A stretch of DNA of 32,323 nt. It comes from Intoshia linei. Taxonomy: Eukaryota > Animalia > Orthonectida. The notes below the pieces were generated by a model that was not told where the DNA came from, searched no databases, and saw only the letters and a list, made by a program, of their open reading frames with translations. Positions within the stretch are counted from its first letter, which is position 1. Each line of letters opens with the position of its first letter. Of this stretch, positions 1-11,800 are shown one piece after another. The stretch spans positions 1-32,323 of the forward strand of contig LWCA01000323.1 of NCBI GenBank assembly GCA_001642005.1. The letters run 5' to 3'. The translations under genes were made by a program, and so were the position numbers.

Positions 1-230
1 CATTGGATGCGATTTAGCAATGAAGTTAAAACTAATACAGTTAAGCAATCCCAAAATGAACCTTTGAAACAAATCCTAACAAGATGATATTTATCGACTC
101 AGAAAAATTCTAATGACAAAAAAAATGTAAAATTTTTATTTTAAAATCCTCAATGTTGTACACATAAATATTTCGTGGACCCAATTCAGACAGTAAATTA
201 TTATTGTTAATTAATTAAATAACATCAAAC

Positions 231-1094
231 CTTTAAGTGTGCTGCAGCCTTAGACTTTGAGTGTGGGTGAACTTTTTTTAGTCCACAATATTGGCAAATA
301 ATACCGTTATGTAAATCAACACAGTCTTTGTCTTGATAGGGACAATCATTCACCATGTTAAACTTACAAATTTGTTTATTTTCAAGCACTTTTTGTTGTC
401 TTCTAAGCGACAATTCATAATTATTAATGGATACGGCTTGATCAAAAGATATTGGAATATCTTTATGCCTAAATTAATATTTATAAATATAAAATATACT
501 TAAAAACTATTCCTTACATATTTTATGGAATCTCAACGTCACTATGAAAAATTACTAGATAAAATTAAAATCATACCACCGTAAAAGCTACCAATAAGTC
601 ACTAATATATTACATTCCACACATGATTAGTAATCATTGATTACACATTTGTGTAGCATTGAAAACGTATATACTGGTAATTACCAAATACTCAAATACT
701 TACATAGTTTTAGATGGTGACTTATGAGGAATCCTAGAATATTCAATTGCACTAGTACTAGGTTTCGTAAATGGAGGTAAATCATATTTAACTAGAATAT
801 CTTTTTGATTTGTGGAAATGATATCTTTTGGTTTCAAATGGATCAATCTATTCAAAATGTATCCTTATTTACATTTAAAAAAAATTATCATACCTACATT
901 TTTTTCCATATGTGCAAGTGCCCCTGAAATGATATTTACAAAAATCGTTGGAAGGGATTTCATAATTATGTGAGAACGTACATCTGTCGCTCGTGCAAGA
1001 ATTTTTTAAATAATACCTAAAAGTAGTTTAGATTATACAAATATTAGAAATACATGCATGGTAAAAGTTTAGTGTTGGGGGACTTTGAATTCAT
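231..1094 (-). CDS. MKRN: Makorin-family CCCH/RING E3 ligase, 5' part (gene continues beyond the left edge)
   Basis: Exons 1094-1054, 1016-894, 847-704 and 468-231 join in frame through GT-AG introns of 37, 46 and 235 nt. Translation gives two N-terminal CCCH fingers (CMYYLKNSCTSDRCTFSH; CKYHFRGTCTYGKKCRLIH), a third finger (CKFNMVNDCPYQDKDCVDLH) and the Makorin Cys-His motif (CQYCGLKKVHP...HLK). A donor follows at 230; the RING domain is not in the window. Confidence 0.88.
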
Positions 1095-1497
1095 TTTAAT
1101 GGTTACATCGAAATTATATCAATGTGTATTTTTTACTATAACAACGGTATCTAATAGACATGTTAGTCCATGAATAGTTCACGATCATTTTAAAAATTCA
1201 ATTTTATAAAAAAAAAAATATTAAAAAATTATCAGTCACCATCTTACTGGTGCGGCACCAGTGGTACCGGTATGACAATTATTTAAGTTATATAAGTTTT
1301 TGCAAGGTTATGCTACATAATTATGCGCCTATCTGCTGTATTGATAATGTGATTTTTTAAACGCTTCCAGCCGTTGCACGAAATGGGAATGTATTACATT
1401 TCCACGATTCATTGTAAATGATGTTGTGTAAAGAATAATTTACATTGCAGAATTGTGATTAATGTTTCTTATTTCAATACGAAATATTTTATCTTAA

Positions 1498-2112
1498 TCA
1501 TTTACTGTCCGGTGTTCCATTAATGGAACACTAGATTTAATACAATATAGTGACTAAGTTATATCATGCTTCATTATTATAAAGATGAAATTTGGTAAAT
1601 TAAATTCTCTGCTTCTTCATGGAATTGACATATTTTTATTTTCATAATTAATTATATATACAATTAACAGTTGAATATAGCTGAAAAAAACATGTAAAAA
1701 AATTCATGTTTTGAAATAATATTAAAGTTAATTTAATAAAATGAATTTAATTTTTTACTCTATGTAGTGAGTTTCGATAAATATTTAATAACACAAAATT
1801 ATATTTAAAAGTGTTTGATAATTTTATATATAGAGAATGTTTTGAGTAAATATTGATAAAGGTAAATGTTTATATTCATTGCGTTGTTATGTACACGCTA
1901 CACTCTAATGATTAAAATGTTTTAAGATTTATCAATAGTATAATTTGTGTTTTAGTACCCAATGTTCCATTAATGGAAACACTCCTAATTAGCACGTATT
2001 AATGAACTAATTTTTTTTTGAAGGTTATTAGTGTTAGTTAGCAAAATCCATCGTATATTTTTCTCAAATTTATTTCAGAATCGTGTCATTTCTATGTGCG
2101 GACAGTAAACGG
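1498..2112. mobile_element. Non-autonomous piggyBac-like element (MITE)
   Basis: TTAA on both flanks (1494-1497, 2113-2116). TIRs TCATTTACTGTCCG / CCGTTTACTGTCCG match at 12/14. Internal palindrome GTGTTCCATTAATGGAACAC at 1512-1531 with a near copy at about 1963-1982. No ORF. Confidence 0.75.
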
Positions 2113-2339
2113 TTAATCATAGTTTATTTGTAAATAACCTAATCTAACTAATATAATATATATATAATCTATAATCTAAATGTAAAACCTAGGAATGGCG
2201 AAACAATTTAAAAACCTTGATTTACAATGTCACTTTACGTTAATTCATTGAACAATTGAACATAGTAATACGATTAAACCAGTTTATAATTGTTACTAAC
2301 GTAAATAATTTTAATATATATTTTAAAAATACTCCCAAA

Positions 2340-3214
2340 ATGATGACCAGTTGCTTAGATGGGTGTGTCGATTATACTTTAATAATAGAAAATAAAGTGA
2401 ATGAAGATATTTCAAGATATAACCTACCAGGTAAATTATTGCTCTATTTTTATACCCTTGTAAGGCTTGTAAAGTATATTTTTTGTGTAGCTTATCAAGG
2501 ACAGCTTAAACCTAAAAATAAAACTTAAAGGTTTAATCTCTTTGAACTTATGTATATTGGAAATGTATATTATGTATATCTTACCTAATATTACTTATCA
2601 AAAAAGCATATCAATTTCATCACTCAACAGTTTTAAAATTTAATTAATTAAAATGTATAAATTATAAAAAGTGATGCTTCTTCGACATAAAAAAATTAGT
2701 TGGAGGTGGTTCACGTACGTGCACCAATTGAGAATCACAATCGGTAGTATAAATATTTATTTTGTATTGTAAAGTGTAAAATATAATTTTAGGATCTTCT
2801 CATTCAGTATTACTTCAAAATATTGCAAATTCTTGTGTAGTTTTAAAAGGAAATGCATCCACAATTCGATTAGTTAATATTTATAACAGTCACATTGATA
2901 TTGGTGGCATAAAATACAATGTAACAATTGATAACGCAATGAATAGTAATATCAATGTGGCATGTCAACATATTCGCCTTAAAAATGGAATTGGAACTAC
3001 TATGACACTACACATTACTGGAAGTTGTGAGTTGGAAACCTGTCGTGATGTTAAAATTGGAAAATATAGCCATTTTTACAGCAATGTTAAATATGATTTG
3101 TACATGATTGGAATGAATCCAGACGATAATTATATTAATAGAATTACTGATTTTAATTGGGCTCGCAGCGATATACCTTCTCCAAATTGGTCTTATATTA
3201 ATCTACCTCGATAA
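2340..3214 (+). CDS. TBCC: Tubulin-folding cofactor C-like protein, copy 1 (C-CAP/cofactor C domain only, about 170 aa; start uncertain)
   Basis: Exons 2340-2430 and 2793-3214, intron 2431-2792. Motifs GNASTIRL, VACQHIR, ELETC and the TBCC-type C-terminus ITDFNWARSDIPSPNWS. Confidence 0.8.
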
Positions 3215-3408
3215 TAGAAAATTTAAATTTTAAAGTGTTAATAAAATTTTTACCTGTTTATATCTAAAGAACATAGATCTTCACTGCGAAAACCCAAAAT
3301 TGCCCATTACAACTAGTTGTATATTTTTCAGTTTGTTGTACTAATAGAAATTGTTGTTATGAATAGCGCTACTGTATATTGAAGATTTTAAAAAAAATCT
3401 TTTACATG

Positions 3409-3530
3409 ATTATAATCATTTATAATTTCCGCCAAAATCGAAACAGGTAATATTTTTTAATTTACCATGATTATTAGTCAAATTAATAGAATCATAATCA
3501 TTTATAATTCCGCTAAACTGAAAAGGTAAA
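3409..3530 (+). repeat. Degenerate direct repeat (about 40-nt unit, two copies about 80 nt apart)
   Basis: ATAATCATTTATAATTTCCGCCAAAATCGAAACAGGTAA versus ATAATCATTTATAATTCCGCTAAACTGAAAAGGTAA. Confidence 0.55.
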
Positions 3531-3564
3531 TATATAAATTATATAATGGAATTTAGATAAGGTA

Positions 3565-3920
3565 TGTCTGTCTGTAACCATTTAAACACATGAAAGGCGA
3601 AGAGTTTTAAAAACACCAATGTGTAATATAATTTTTAGAGATTGTGGTTTTATGATAAAATTTCATATTCAGGAATTAAATCCTTCAGGGCACATATAAC
3701 CCAAATTATCTTTTTTTTAATAAAACAAGTCACAGAATTTTTGAAAATATACAATCTGATACAGATTTTAAAATAATCAGCATTATCATAAATTTCAACT
3801 TCAAAAACTTATATCTTCATGGCCAAAACCCAAATAACGGATTATTGTGACAATAAAAATAAAAAAATCTAATAGCTCTAGATTCTAGAATTTCCCAGTA
3901 TACATGCTTACCAATACACC
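3565..3920 (+). repeat. Dispersed repeat family A (microsatellite-headed, DINE/HINE-like), copy 1
   Basis: Begins with GTCTGTCTGT. Shares blocks such as GATTTTAAAA..CATTAT.ATAAATTT...TATATCTTCA.GGCCAAAACC..AAAT with about 19320-19700 (+), 7190-7540 (-) and 22110-22290 (-). Boundaries approximate. Confidence 0.6.
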
Positions 3921-3929
3921 CATGATATA

Positions 3930-4872
3930 CAGTAACACCTGTATATATTGAACACTAACATAGAAAAAATAACTATGTTCATTATAGAGTTTATAGTGAA
4001 CTTTTTATTATCCTTAAAATGCTGATTTTTCCACTTGAAGCGTCATAACAAAGTTTGATCGAATCAAAATATTTTTGAAAATAGTATATTAATACAACCA
4101 AATATTCACGAAAATACTAAGTAAAATTAACAATTTTAATTAAAATTATATTCAATGTTTTAAATTTGTTCTTAATGTAGAAAAATAATCAGTTATTTTA
4201 GCTTGTCGCGACAATTTTTTCGATATTATATCATTTATCAGTATATTATTAATTCCATTCGGATAATTTTCAATGTACCATTGTTGCAACTGTTTAGAAA
4301 TACATAGAGCTTCGTAAGTATGTATTGTCGTTTCAATGGGAGTCTGTGTCATTTGATCCATTTGAAGCTTTAAAATCTTCAATTTTAGAGACATTGTATA
4401 AATCATTTCGACAAATAAAATATAATGTTTCAACCTTTTAAATTCAATCCATTCAAATAGTTTTTCATCTATTTTAGAGGTCTAAAAAAAGCTTCTATTA
4501 CGGATGATCTTATCTTAAATGAGAATATTGTGTGAATTTTTAATTATGCTATTAATGCAGCCAAGAGATAATTTAAATTTCTTAGCCATATCTCGTTAGC
4601 TATGTTTTATTTTCCTCATGAAACAGTATGATTTGTTTTTTTTCCAATTGACAAATTTATACGCTTTTTATCGTTCATTATATAATGTAAAAATAAAGTG
4701 CAAATCATATTAATTTATTTAAATTACAATGAGATTATACAAAGATAGAATATTACTTTCATTTCTAAAGGTGTTCACCGTTCATTACCGTATTGTTCAC
4801 TATACTTATATATTAAGTGGATTTTTTGTTAACAAAATAATTTTTAATGTTCACTATATACAGGTCTGACTG
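3930..4872 (-). mobile_element. Internally deleted pogo/Tigger DNA transposon
   Basis: TA flanks at 3928-3929 and 4873-4874. 25-bp TIRs CAGTAACACCTGTATATATTGAACA / CAGTCAGACCTGTATATAGTGAACA match at 22/25. The minus strand keeps a transposase-like N-terminus (MNDKKRINLSIGKK, about 4678) and the C-terminus RQAKITDYF (ORF 4152-4433). No DDE core. Confidence 0.85.
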
Positions 4873-5015
4873 TATTTACAATCTGCCAGAATTGCATTAT
4901 ATAACATCGCCATGGTAAACACCATGGTTGAAGAATTTTTTTGCAAGAAACATTTATAAATATTTTTAAATTTTGTTAAGAATAAAGTTTATTTCAATTC
5001 ATAGAGCTGTAAAAT

Positions 5016-5967
5016 ATGAATTCCGATAAACTAAACCAACATATTGAAATTCACAAAAAAATTATATATAAAAAACTGAATGAATATCAAAAGAACAACG
5101 TCAATAATTCCACAGAATTACACAATGAAATAAAGACTTTGTTTCAAAATTTAAAAATGACAATAAAAAAGAATTTATTAAATTCCACCCCAAACTTTAT
5201 AAAAGAAAAGGCTCAAAAAACAATAAAAAATATACAAAGTGAAATAGACAAAGGAAATGTTCAAACGAAAAAATTTACGTTTACAAAAATGCTTGTTGAA
5301 GAATCGGACGAGAAAGAAAAAATTAGTTTTATTTGAAATAATATACATTTTTACATTATTAATTAGAAACAAAAATTGAGGTTCCCAACATTATGCAAGA
5401 TATGGTGCATAATATGGATTATGCTTTACGCATAGAAAACTCTAATGGTGTTGATGATATGATGACATTACCTGGTACCTACTTAATATTATCGATTGTT
5501 ATTTGTTATTTAATTTTACATTGACCTAAATTTTAGGCATATCTAAATCAGCAATACTTACGAACATTACCAATTGTAATTTTGATCTACTTGGAAATGC
5601 ATCGGCTATAACACTGAATAAGATTTACGATTCTAGAATTAACATTGGTGTCATTAAACACAGTATACAGATCAATGATATCAATAACTGTGTAATTAAT
5701 ATGGCAGGACAACAAATCAGAGTGAATAATGCCCATGAATCCACCTTTCGGTTGTACATTTCAGGAAGTTGTATTTTGGAAAATTGCCGTGATATAAAAA
5801 TTGGACCTTTTGAACATTTTTATGAAGATGTTTCACGTGATTTTGATTCTGCAAATTTTAATATAGACTCCAATAACTGGATGAATATTCATGATTTTGA
5901 TTTTCCTCGAACTGATATTCCTTCTCCAAATTGGTCCCGTCTTGACTCTGAAACAAATAAGTCTTAG
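5016..5967 (+). CDS. TBCC: Tubulin-folding cofactor C, copy 2 (full length, about 282 aa)
   Basis: Exons 5016-5325, 5367-5474 and 5537-5967 (introns 41 and 62 nt) join in frame. Charged helical N-terminus ending KKFTF, then the C-CAP domain (GNASAITL, AGQQIR, ILENC, NNWMNIHDFDF...IPSPNWS). Confidence 0.88.
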
Positions 5968-6803
5968 CGTCATGGATTTGGATACTTATCATTTTTCATG
6001 TTTATTAAAAATTTTAATGTGAATCGTGTTTTTGTTAAGAAAGATGACTCGTGCGATAAAATAATGATCTGAAATATTGGCATAATATTGAATTAGTCAT
6101 GAATTCTTTTATCTTTAGGTTCATTGTATATTATTTCATTTCTAATTATTTTAAATGTTTGTATCATTTGTTTTTTTACTATTTTTAAGGGATATTGATG
6201 AAACGGCATTTTTATCTTTATGGTTAGCATAACTTGAATTATAGACAAAATAATGAAATCGGGTAAAATTCATTGACCATGGAATGAAATTTACTCTGAA
6301 AGAATTAATATTGAAAAAAAATTAGAAATTTATGAATTAAAACGAATTCAGTAGTAGGGTAGTCAAGACTCTTGACTCAAGAGATAAAAATAAGGGATTT
6401 TTTTTGATTAAGATTTAGAAAAATCTGTTGGAATTCAATAAACTTATTTTATAAATATTTTAATTTAATTTGATTTTGTATTAAACTTTAATTTAAAGAG
6501 AAACAAATGTACTAGATCCAACTCTGGGTACAATTAAACACGACTAACAATACAATTTCCAGATGCAGATGTAGTATTAATGATTTTCATGTCAACTATT
6601 TGTTAAATAAATTTTAGTCAAACTTAACAATAATCCATTATAATGAAGAGAGTCAAATGGAAATACATTAGTAATTTTTATGATGTATTAAATTCAGGTG
6701 ATTTTTGAAGTCAAAGTTTTTGTAAACTTAAATTATTATTATAATATAATACATAAATTATATTAAGTAAAGAATTAAATAAATCATTGAAACTGTCAAT
6801 AAG

Positions 6804-6885
6804 AAAATGCTACTATTCACTATTATCAATCCTTTAAAGGAGTGGTTCCCAAAATTGTTTCACGTGGACCCGTCATATCACATTA
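6804..6885 (+). repeat. Fragment of repeat family B joined to a hAT-like terminus (GAGTGGTTCCCAAA)
   Basis: Near identical to 11385-11460 (CTACTATTCACTATTATCAATCCTTTAAAGGAGTGGTTCCCAAA). Confidence 0.65.
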
Positions 6886-7189
6886 CCTTTTAATTTAAAG
6901 TGAATTATTACACCTTAATTCTATTTTGTTAATATTTGCGTAAAGAATTTTAAAAAAAATTAGCCTTAATTAAAGATGTTTCAGAAATATTCAGTATCTG
7001 CTTTCGATGAGTAAAAAATGTATTACAATTATGTATGAATAATTAACTGAATCAGCACTTTAAAAACATTCCGCATGAATTTCACCAACATTGCAAATCA
7101 TTGTAATAAAAATTTGAACAATTTGAATTTAAATTTTTTGAAAATGAAAAATTGCGTAGCAATAAAAAAAAATCTGAAGGAATCAATTA

Positions 7190-7540
7190 TATAGATTTTC
7201 ACCCATATTTTAATTATTGGAAATCTTATGTTTTATAAAATTTTAGGACGTTTCATTTTTAAAATATAGGGTAATTTGTGGTTTTGACCATGAAGGTATG
7301 CGTTTTTGAGGCTGAGCTTAACGACAATGTTAATAATTTTAAAACGTGTCCAAGAATGTATGTTTTATTAAATTTTTGAAACAAAAAGAAAAATTGGGTT
7401 TTGATTCTAAAGGACTCAAATTCTAAAACAGAAAAATAGATAAAAACACTTCCTAGGAAAAGCCGTATTAGAAATTGGATTTTTTAATATAATTGATACG
7501 ACTATCAATTTTTTAAATAAACGGTCACACACAGACATTA
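7190..7540 (-). repeat. Dispersed repeat family A, copy 2 (inverted)
   Basis: Reverse complement matches the family A core (GTAATTTGTGGTTTTGACCATGAAG, AATTGGGTTTTGA) and ends in CACACACAGACA. Confidence 0.55.
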
Positions 7541-8831
7541 AGACAGATTTTACATAAGTAAAAGATCAATTTATTTTTTTTCCCCAATTTTCTAAATTTT
7601 AATTTAGCTTTATAATCATTCCAACAATTAATTTTTCATATAACGATTTTATTTAATTGTCATTTAAAATTGTTTCTGTGAGTTTGAATTTTGAATTTTG
7701 TTTGAATTTGAATCTTTGAATGTTGGCATCCAATTTCCCAAATTTTAATTTAGTTAAAAACAATTCTGTAATCCATTATTAATTGATATGTAAACCAATG
7801 CAACTTTTTTTAAATTTCTCAATAATGACCTCTAAGCAACTTCAGAGCCATTGTTTGAACTAGTGTTATATTTATTTTATTTAAATCATGCCTACCAAAT
7901 TTCGTATATTAACGTAAATAGATATTTCAAATTATTACAGATATATGACATTATTATGTGTATTACAGTTACATTACAGTATTACATGACATTAAAATTA
8001 AATTAAAATGCAACGTATAAAAAATCAATATAGAACTAATTCCTAATTAGGATCTAACACATTCTAAATTAATTTATGGGTAAACCTGACAAAATTGTAT
8101 TAATCTGATGTCTTGTAAGTTTGCCAATAAATTAAAACATTAACATAATTGAGATTCCCATTACCTTTTGAAATTTAACTTTTAATTTACCTACTAATTT
8201 ACCTTTACTTTTACTTATACTATATAATTGTATGAATGTATGCTACATGTGTATAATTCCATTTTTGATAAGTTTAGGATATATGGAAAGGTTATTTAAG
8301 TAAAACATGAGATCAAATAATTCTAATATTAAAAATAATAATATAATAAAATAAATACATGTCTATTTTGAAATGCATTTTGTATATTTGATAGTAATAT
8401 ATGACCCAATTTAATAAAACGATAATTTTAATTGCAAATTGTACAATGTAAATTGCAATTGCAGAGTTATTGAAAAAATTTGAAATTTTTTTAACAAAAT
8501 ATAAACTCGTACAATAATATAATGATTATATTATAAATTTTTGTCCAATAGTTTTAAGTCGCATTCAAGTTAAAATTACACAATTTTTTGATACTTTATT
8601 AAAATTGAATAAAAACCAGTGATATTTTCAATTTTATAAATCAATTGCATTTAATTATACCCTGAAAGGTTTTAGCAAATTAACCTAATTAGAACAATAT
8701 CATTATGTTTTGCTAAGTAACTTTAAATGGATTAAAGTGAATCTATCTACCAGCAACTATAGAGGCTATACATTCAATTTACAAATATAGCATATTTGGA
8801 TCATGCCATAACTCTGCACATTAAGCTAAAA

Positions 8832-11800
8832 ATGAACATAAAAAGGAAATTGTCCAGAATACGTCAAGTATTCCGTTACAGAAGATATTCTACACCAAAA
8901 GAACAAACACATTTTGAAACCAATGATAAAAAATCAGTTAATGCAATTCAAGGTAATATTTACACTTAATGTACTGATGTCGAGTAATGAAAATTGAATT
9001 TTGAATTAATGTTTTTATTTTCATTATTTAACATATTCAAGTACATATAAAGTTTGATAAAGTCAAAATGGGAAAAGTAAACCATGTTATTTGTTTGATT
9101 ACAAACACTAAACTCTTGTTTTAAAATTTGTGGACATTATATAATTTTCTGTTCATCTTGATGTTGAAAAAACTACTAAATATTAAAAAAAAAAGTTAAT
9201 GAAATCTTTTATGTTATATTTGTTTTTTTAGATTCTCTCGATTATAGTAGGATATCTGATAAAAAATTGTACAATTCTAATAAGGTTTCTGGATTATTTT
9301 ATTGTTTTAATTTCATTTTGTAGGTTGATACCAGTTTACCTCGTAATTCAGATAGTCAGCACGATTTTAAACTCAATTTTAGACAGCGACGTCGATCCTT
9401 GGTAATATTTATAATTTATAGTTTATATTTATAAATTATAATGCATGTATTTTATATATCATTTTTATTTTTATAGATTAGTCTCGGGTTCGGTAACCCT
9501 GCTTCATATCAACGTCTCGATAAAATTGGAGAGGTAATTATTGTTTATAAATTAATTTCGAAATTTTTAAATGTATGTTTATTTATTTTGATTGATGCGA
9601 CTTTTAATAATGTAATACTTTATTCTTAATTGTGTAAAGTAAAATTTGAAGTGTGCAAAGTGTCAGTTTTTTGTGTATAACAGCTCGGTAACCTTTTGCG
9701 TCTCGTGGGCCACTTTTTTTATATCAAAAAATTCTACGTGCTCCGTTTTTGAAAATTTACACGATACATTTCAATTTTAACTGAAGAGAAACGTTTCTAG
9801 TATATTCAACAAAATAATATCCAAGGCGTCTGATAATTATGAATTAAAATAATTATAATTATAATGAGCCAATTATAGTAGAAAATCTTTAAAACGGTGT
9901 TTAAACGTTGATAAATAAATAATTAACATATTTACTCAAATATGCTTTTTTGACGGTGATGTTAAAGTCACTCTGTCAGATTGAAATTTATTTTATTTTC
10001 TCTTCTGATAAAACTCACTTATTTTATTAATATTATGATTAGTTTTAATTTCTGGGGTTCAGTTTTCTAAATAAATTGTAACACTCATAAAAACCTTTAC
10101 TTTATATAATAAATAGAGCAATCAATTGCAACTTTTTGTAACAAATAAGTTACATTTTTCAGAAAAAAACATAAATTATTTTATGTCATACTAGTTGACT
10201 GTTATGTACAATGTACAAACAGCATCTAGCTCTGCCGAGGGTACATTTTTATTCTACCAAAAAAATAAATTAAAATTGAAAATCTAATTTAAAAATGCTA
10301 CTACAGTATAACCCCGTGATGGGTCACCTTTTTTGAAAAGTGCCCCAAAAACTGAGGGTAATGATAAAATTCTATTATGTATTAAATTAATTGAACGATG
10401 ATAGTATTTAATCATAGTAAGAAAGTTGATAAAGATTCGTTGATGGGGTATATCTAAAAAAATGAAGCATTTATTTAAATAGATTTTTATAGTATTAAAA
10501 AAAATTTAAATAGAATTGAAAATTTGAATAACGCAGGAATATTGAGACAAGACAATAACAACTTAATATTTACATATTATTTGATAAAAACAAATGTGAC
10601 GAAAAATAATTTTATCTACATAATAATAATTCCTTATCTTATTGTTTTCTTTTCGAAAGCTGTTATTTTTTTCTAAATTAATAAAATTCTTTAACCTGTT
10701 AGTTCTCGCGCTTTTTTATAACATAAACGCTCGCAGACGCCAAAAAATGGTCGATTTTTATGAATGAAAAATGTGACACGAAGCAATAAAACATTTTGTT
10801 ATACGATTTAATTATTTTAATAGGCGTGGTTTTCAGAACATTTTTTACAATTAATATTTGCATGATCTTTCTGATTACATGAAACGCATACTTGAAATGT
10901 TCTTTTAGCATTCTAATTACATAAATAACATCTTCGACTTTTTTGAACAGGTAACAATTTTAAAAATTAAATTAATTTTCAATAATTATTATAAAATACC
11001 GATTGAATTATTCACAGATTGAAATCTAAGTATTACATGATTATGGCATAAAGATTTTCCAAGTTCTCTCAAATATATCCGCTTAGGAATATGTTCATTT
11101 CCAGAAGAATATATTATACTAGCTTGACTGTTTTGTACTACGTACAAACAGCACCTAGCTCTGCCGAGAGCAAATTTTTATTATACCAAAAAAATAAATT
11201 CATGTTGAAAATCTAACTTAAAAATCCACTATTCACTATTATCCATAAACAAGTGGTTCCCAAACTTGTTTCAGGTGGAACCATCATATGACATTACTAT
11301 TGAAAATCTAACTTAAAAATCCTACTATTCACTATTATCAATTCTTTAAAGGAAAAAATAAATTCACGTTGAAAATCTAATTTAAAAATCCTACTATTCA
11401 CTATTATCAATCCTTTAAAGGAGTGGTTCCCAAATTTGTTTCACCACGGACCGGTCATTTGATAATATATTAAAATATATTTTTCACCGGTAATGTGTAG
11501 ATTTCTAATGTTAAAATTTTGTGTTTGTATCATATTAAAGCTTATATAAGTTATAACAAGTAAAGTTAACATTGTGAACTAATTTTATCATATAAATTAC
11601 AATTTTGAATCGTGATTTTAATTATAATTGTTTTTTACGTATACATTATATTGTATATTATGAACCACTAAGACTATAATTCACACATTTTTTTTTAAAT
11701 CGCCCTCTTCCATAATTAAACATAAAAATCACATATTTTTAGATTGATAAAATTTACTATAGTGAGTATTTTCAATAACCTGTTAGTAACAAGTTGTTAC

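Noticed and set aside
500-680. Extra small Makorin exons inside intron 703-469
   Set aside because: The candidate GT-AG combinations tried introduce stops, while direct splicing from 704 to 468 keeps the frame.
1246-1262. GC-rich inverted repeat ACTGGTGC-G-GCACCAGT as a regulatory hairpin
   Set aside because: More likely an orphan transposon terminus; no partner end or other support was found.
6362-6383. Palindrome GTCAAGACTCTTGAC after TAGGG
   Set aside because: Looks like a solitary transposon end; no matching TIR or TSD was located.
11200-11430. CRISPR-like repeat-spacer pattern
   Set aside because: Eukaryotic context, irregular spacing, the spacers are themselves repeats, and there are no cas genes; it is tandem duplication inside a transposon.
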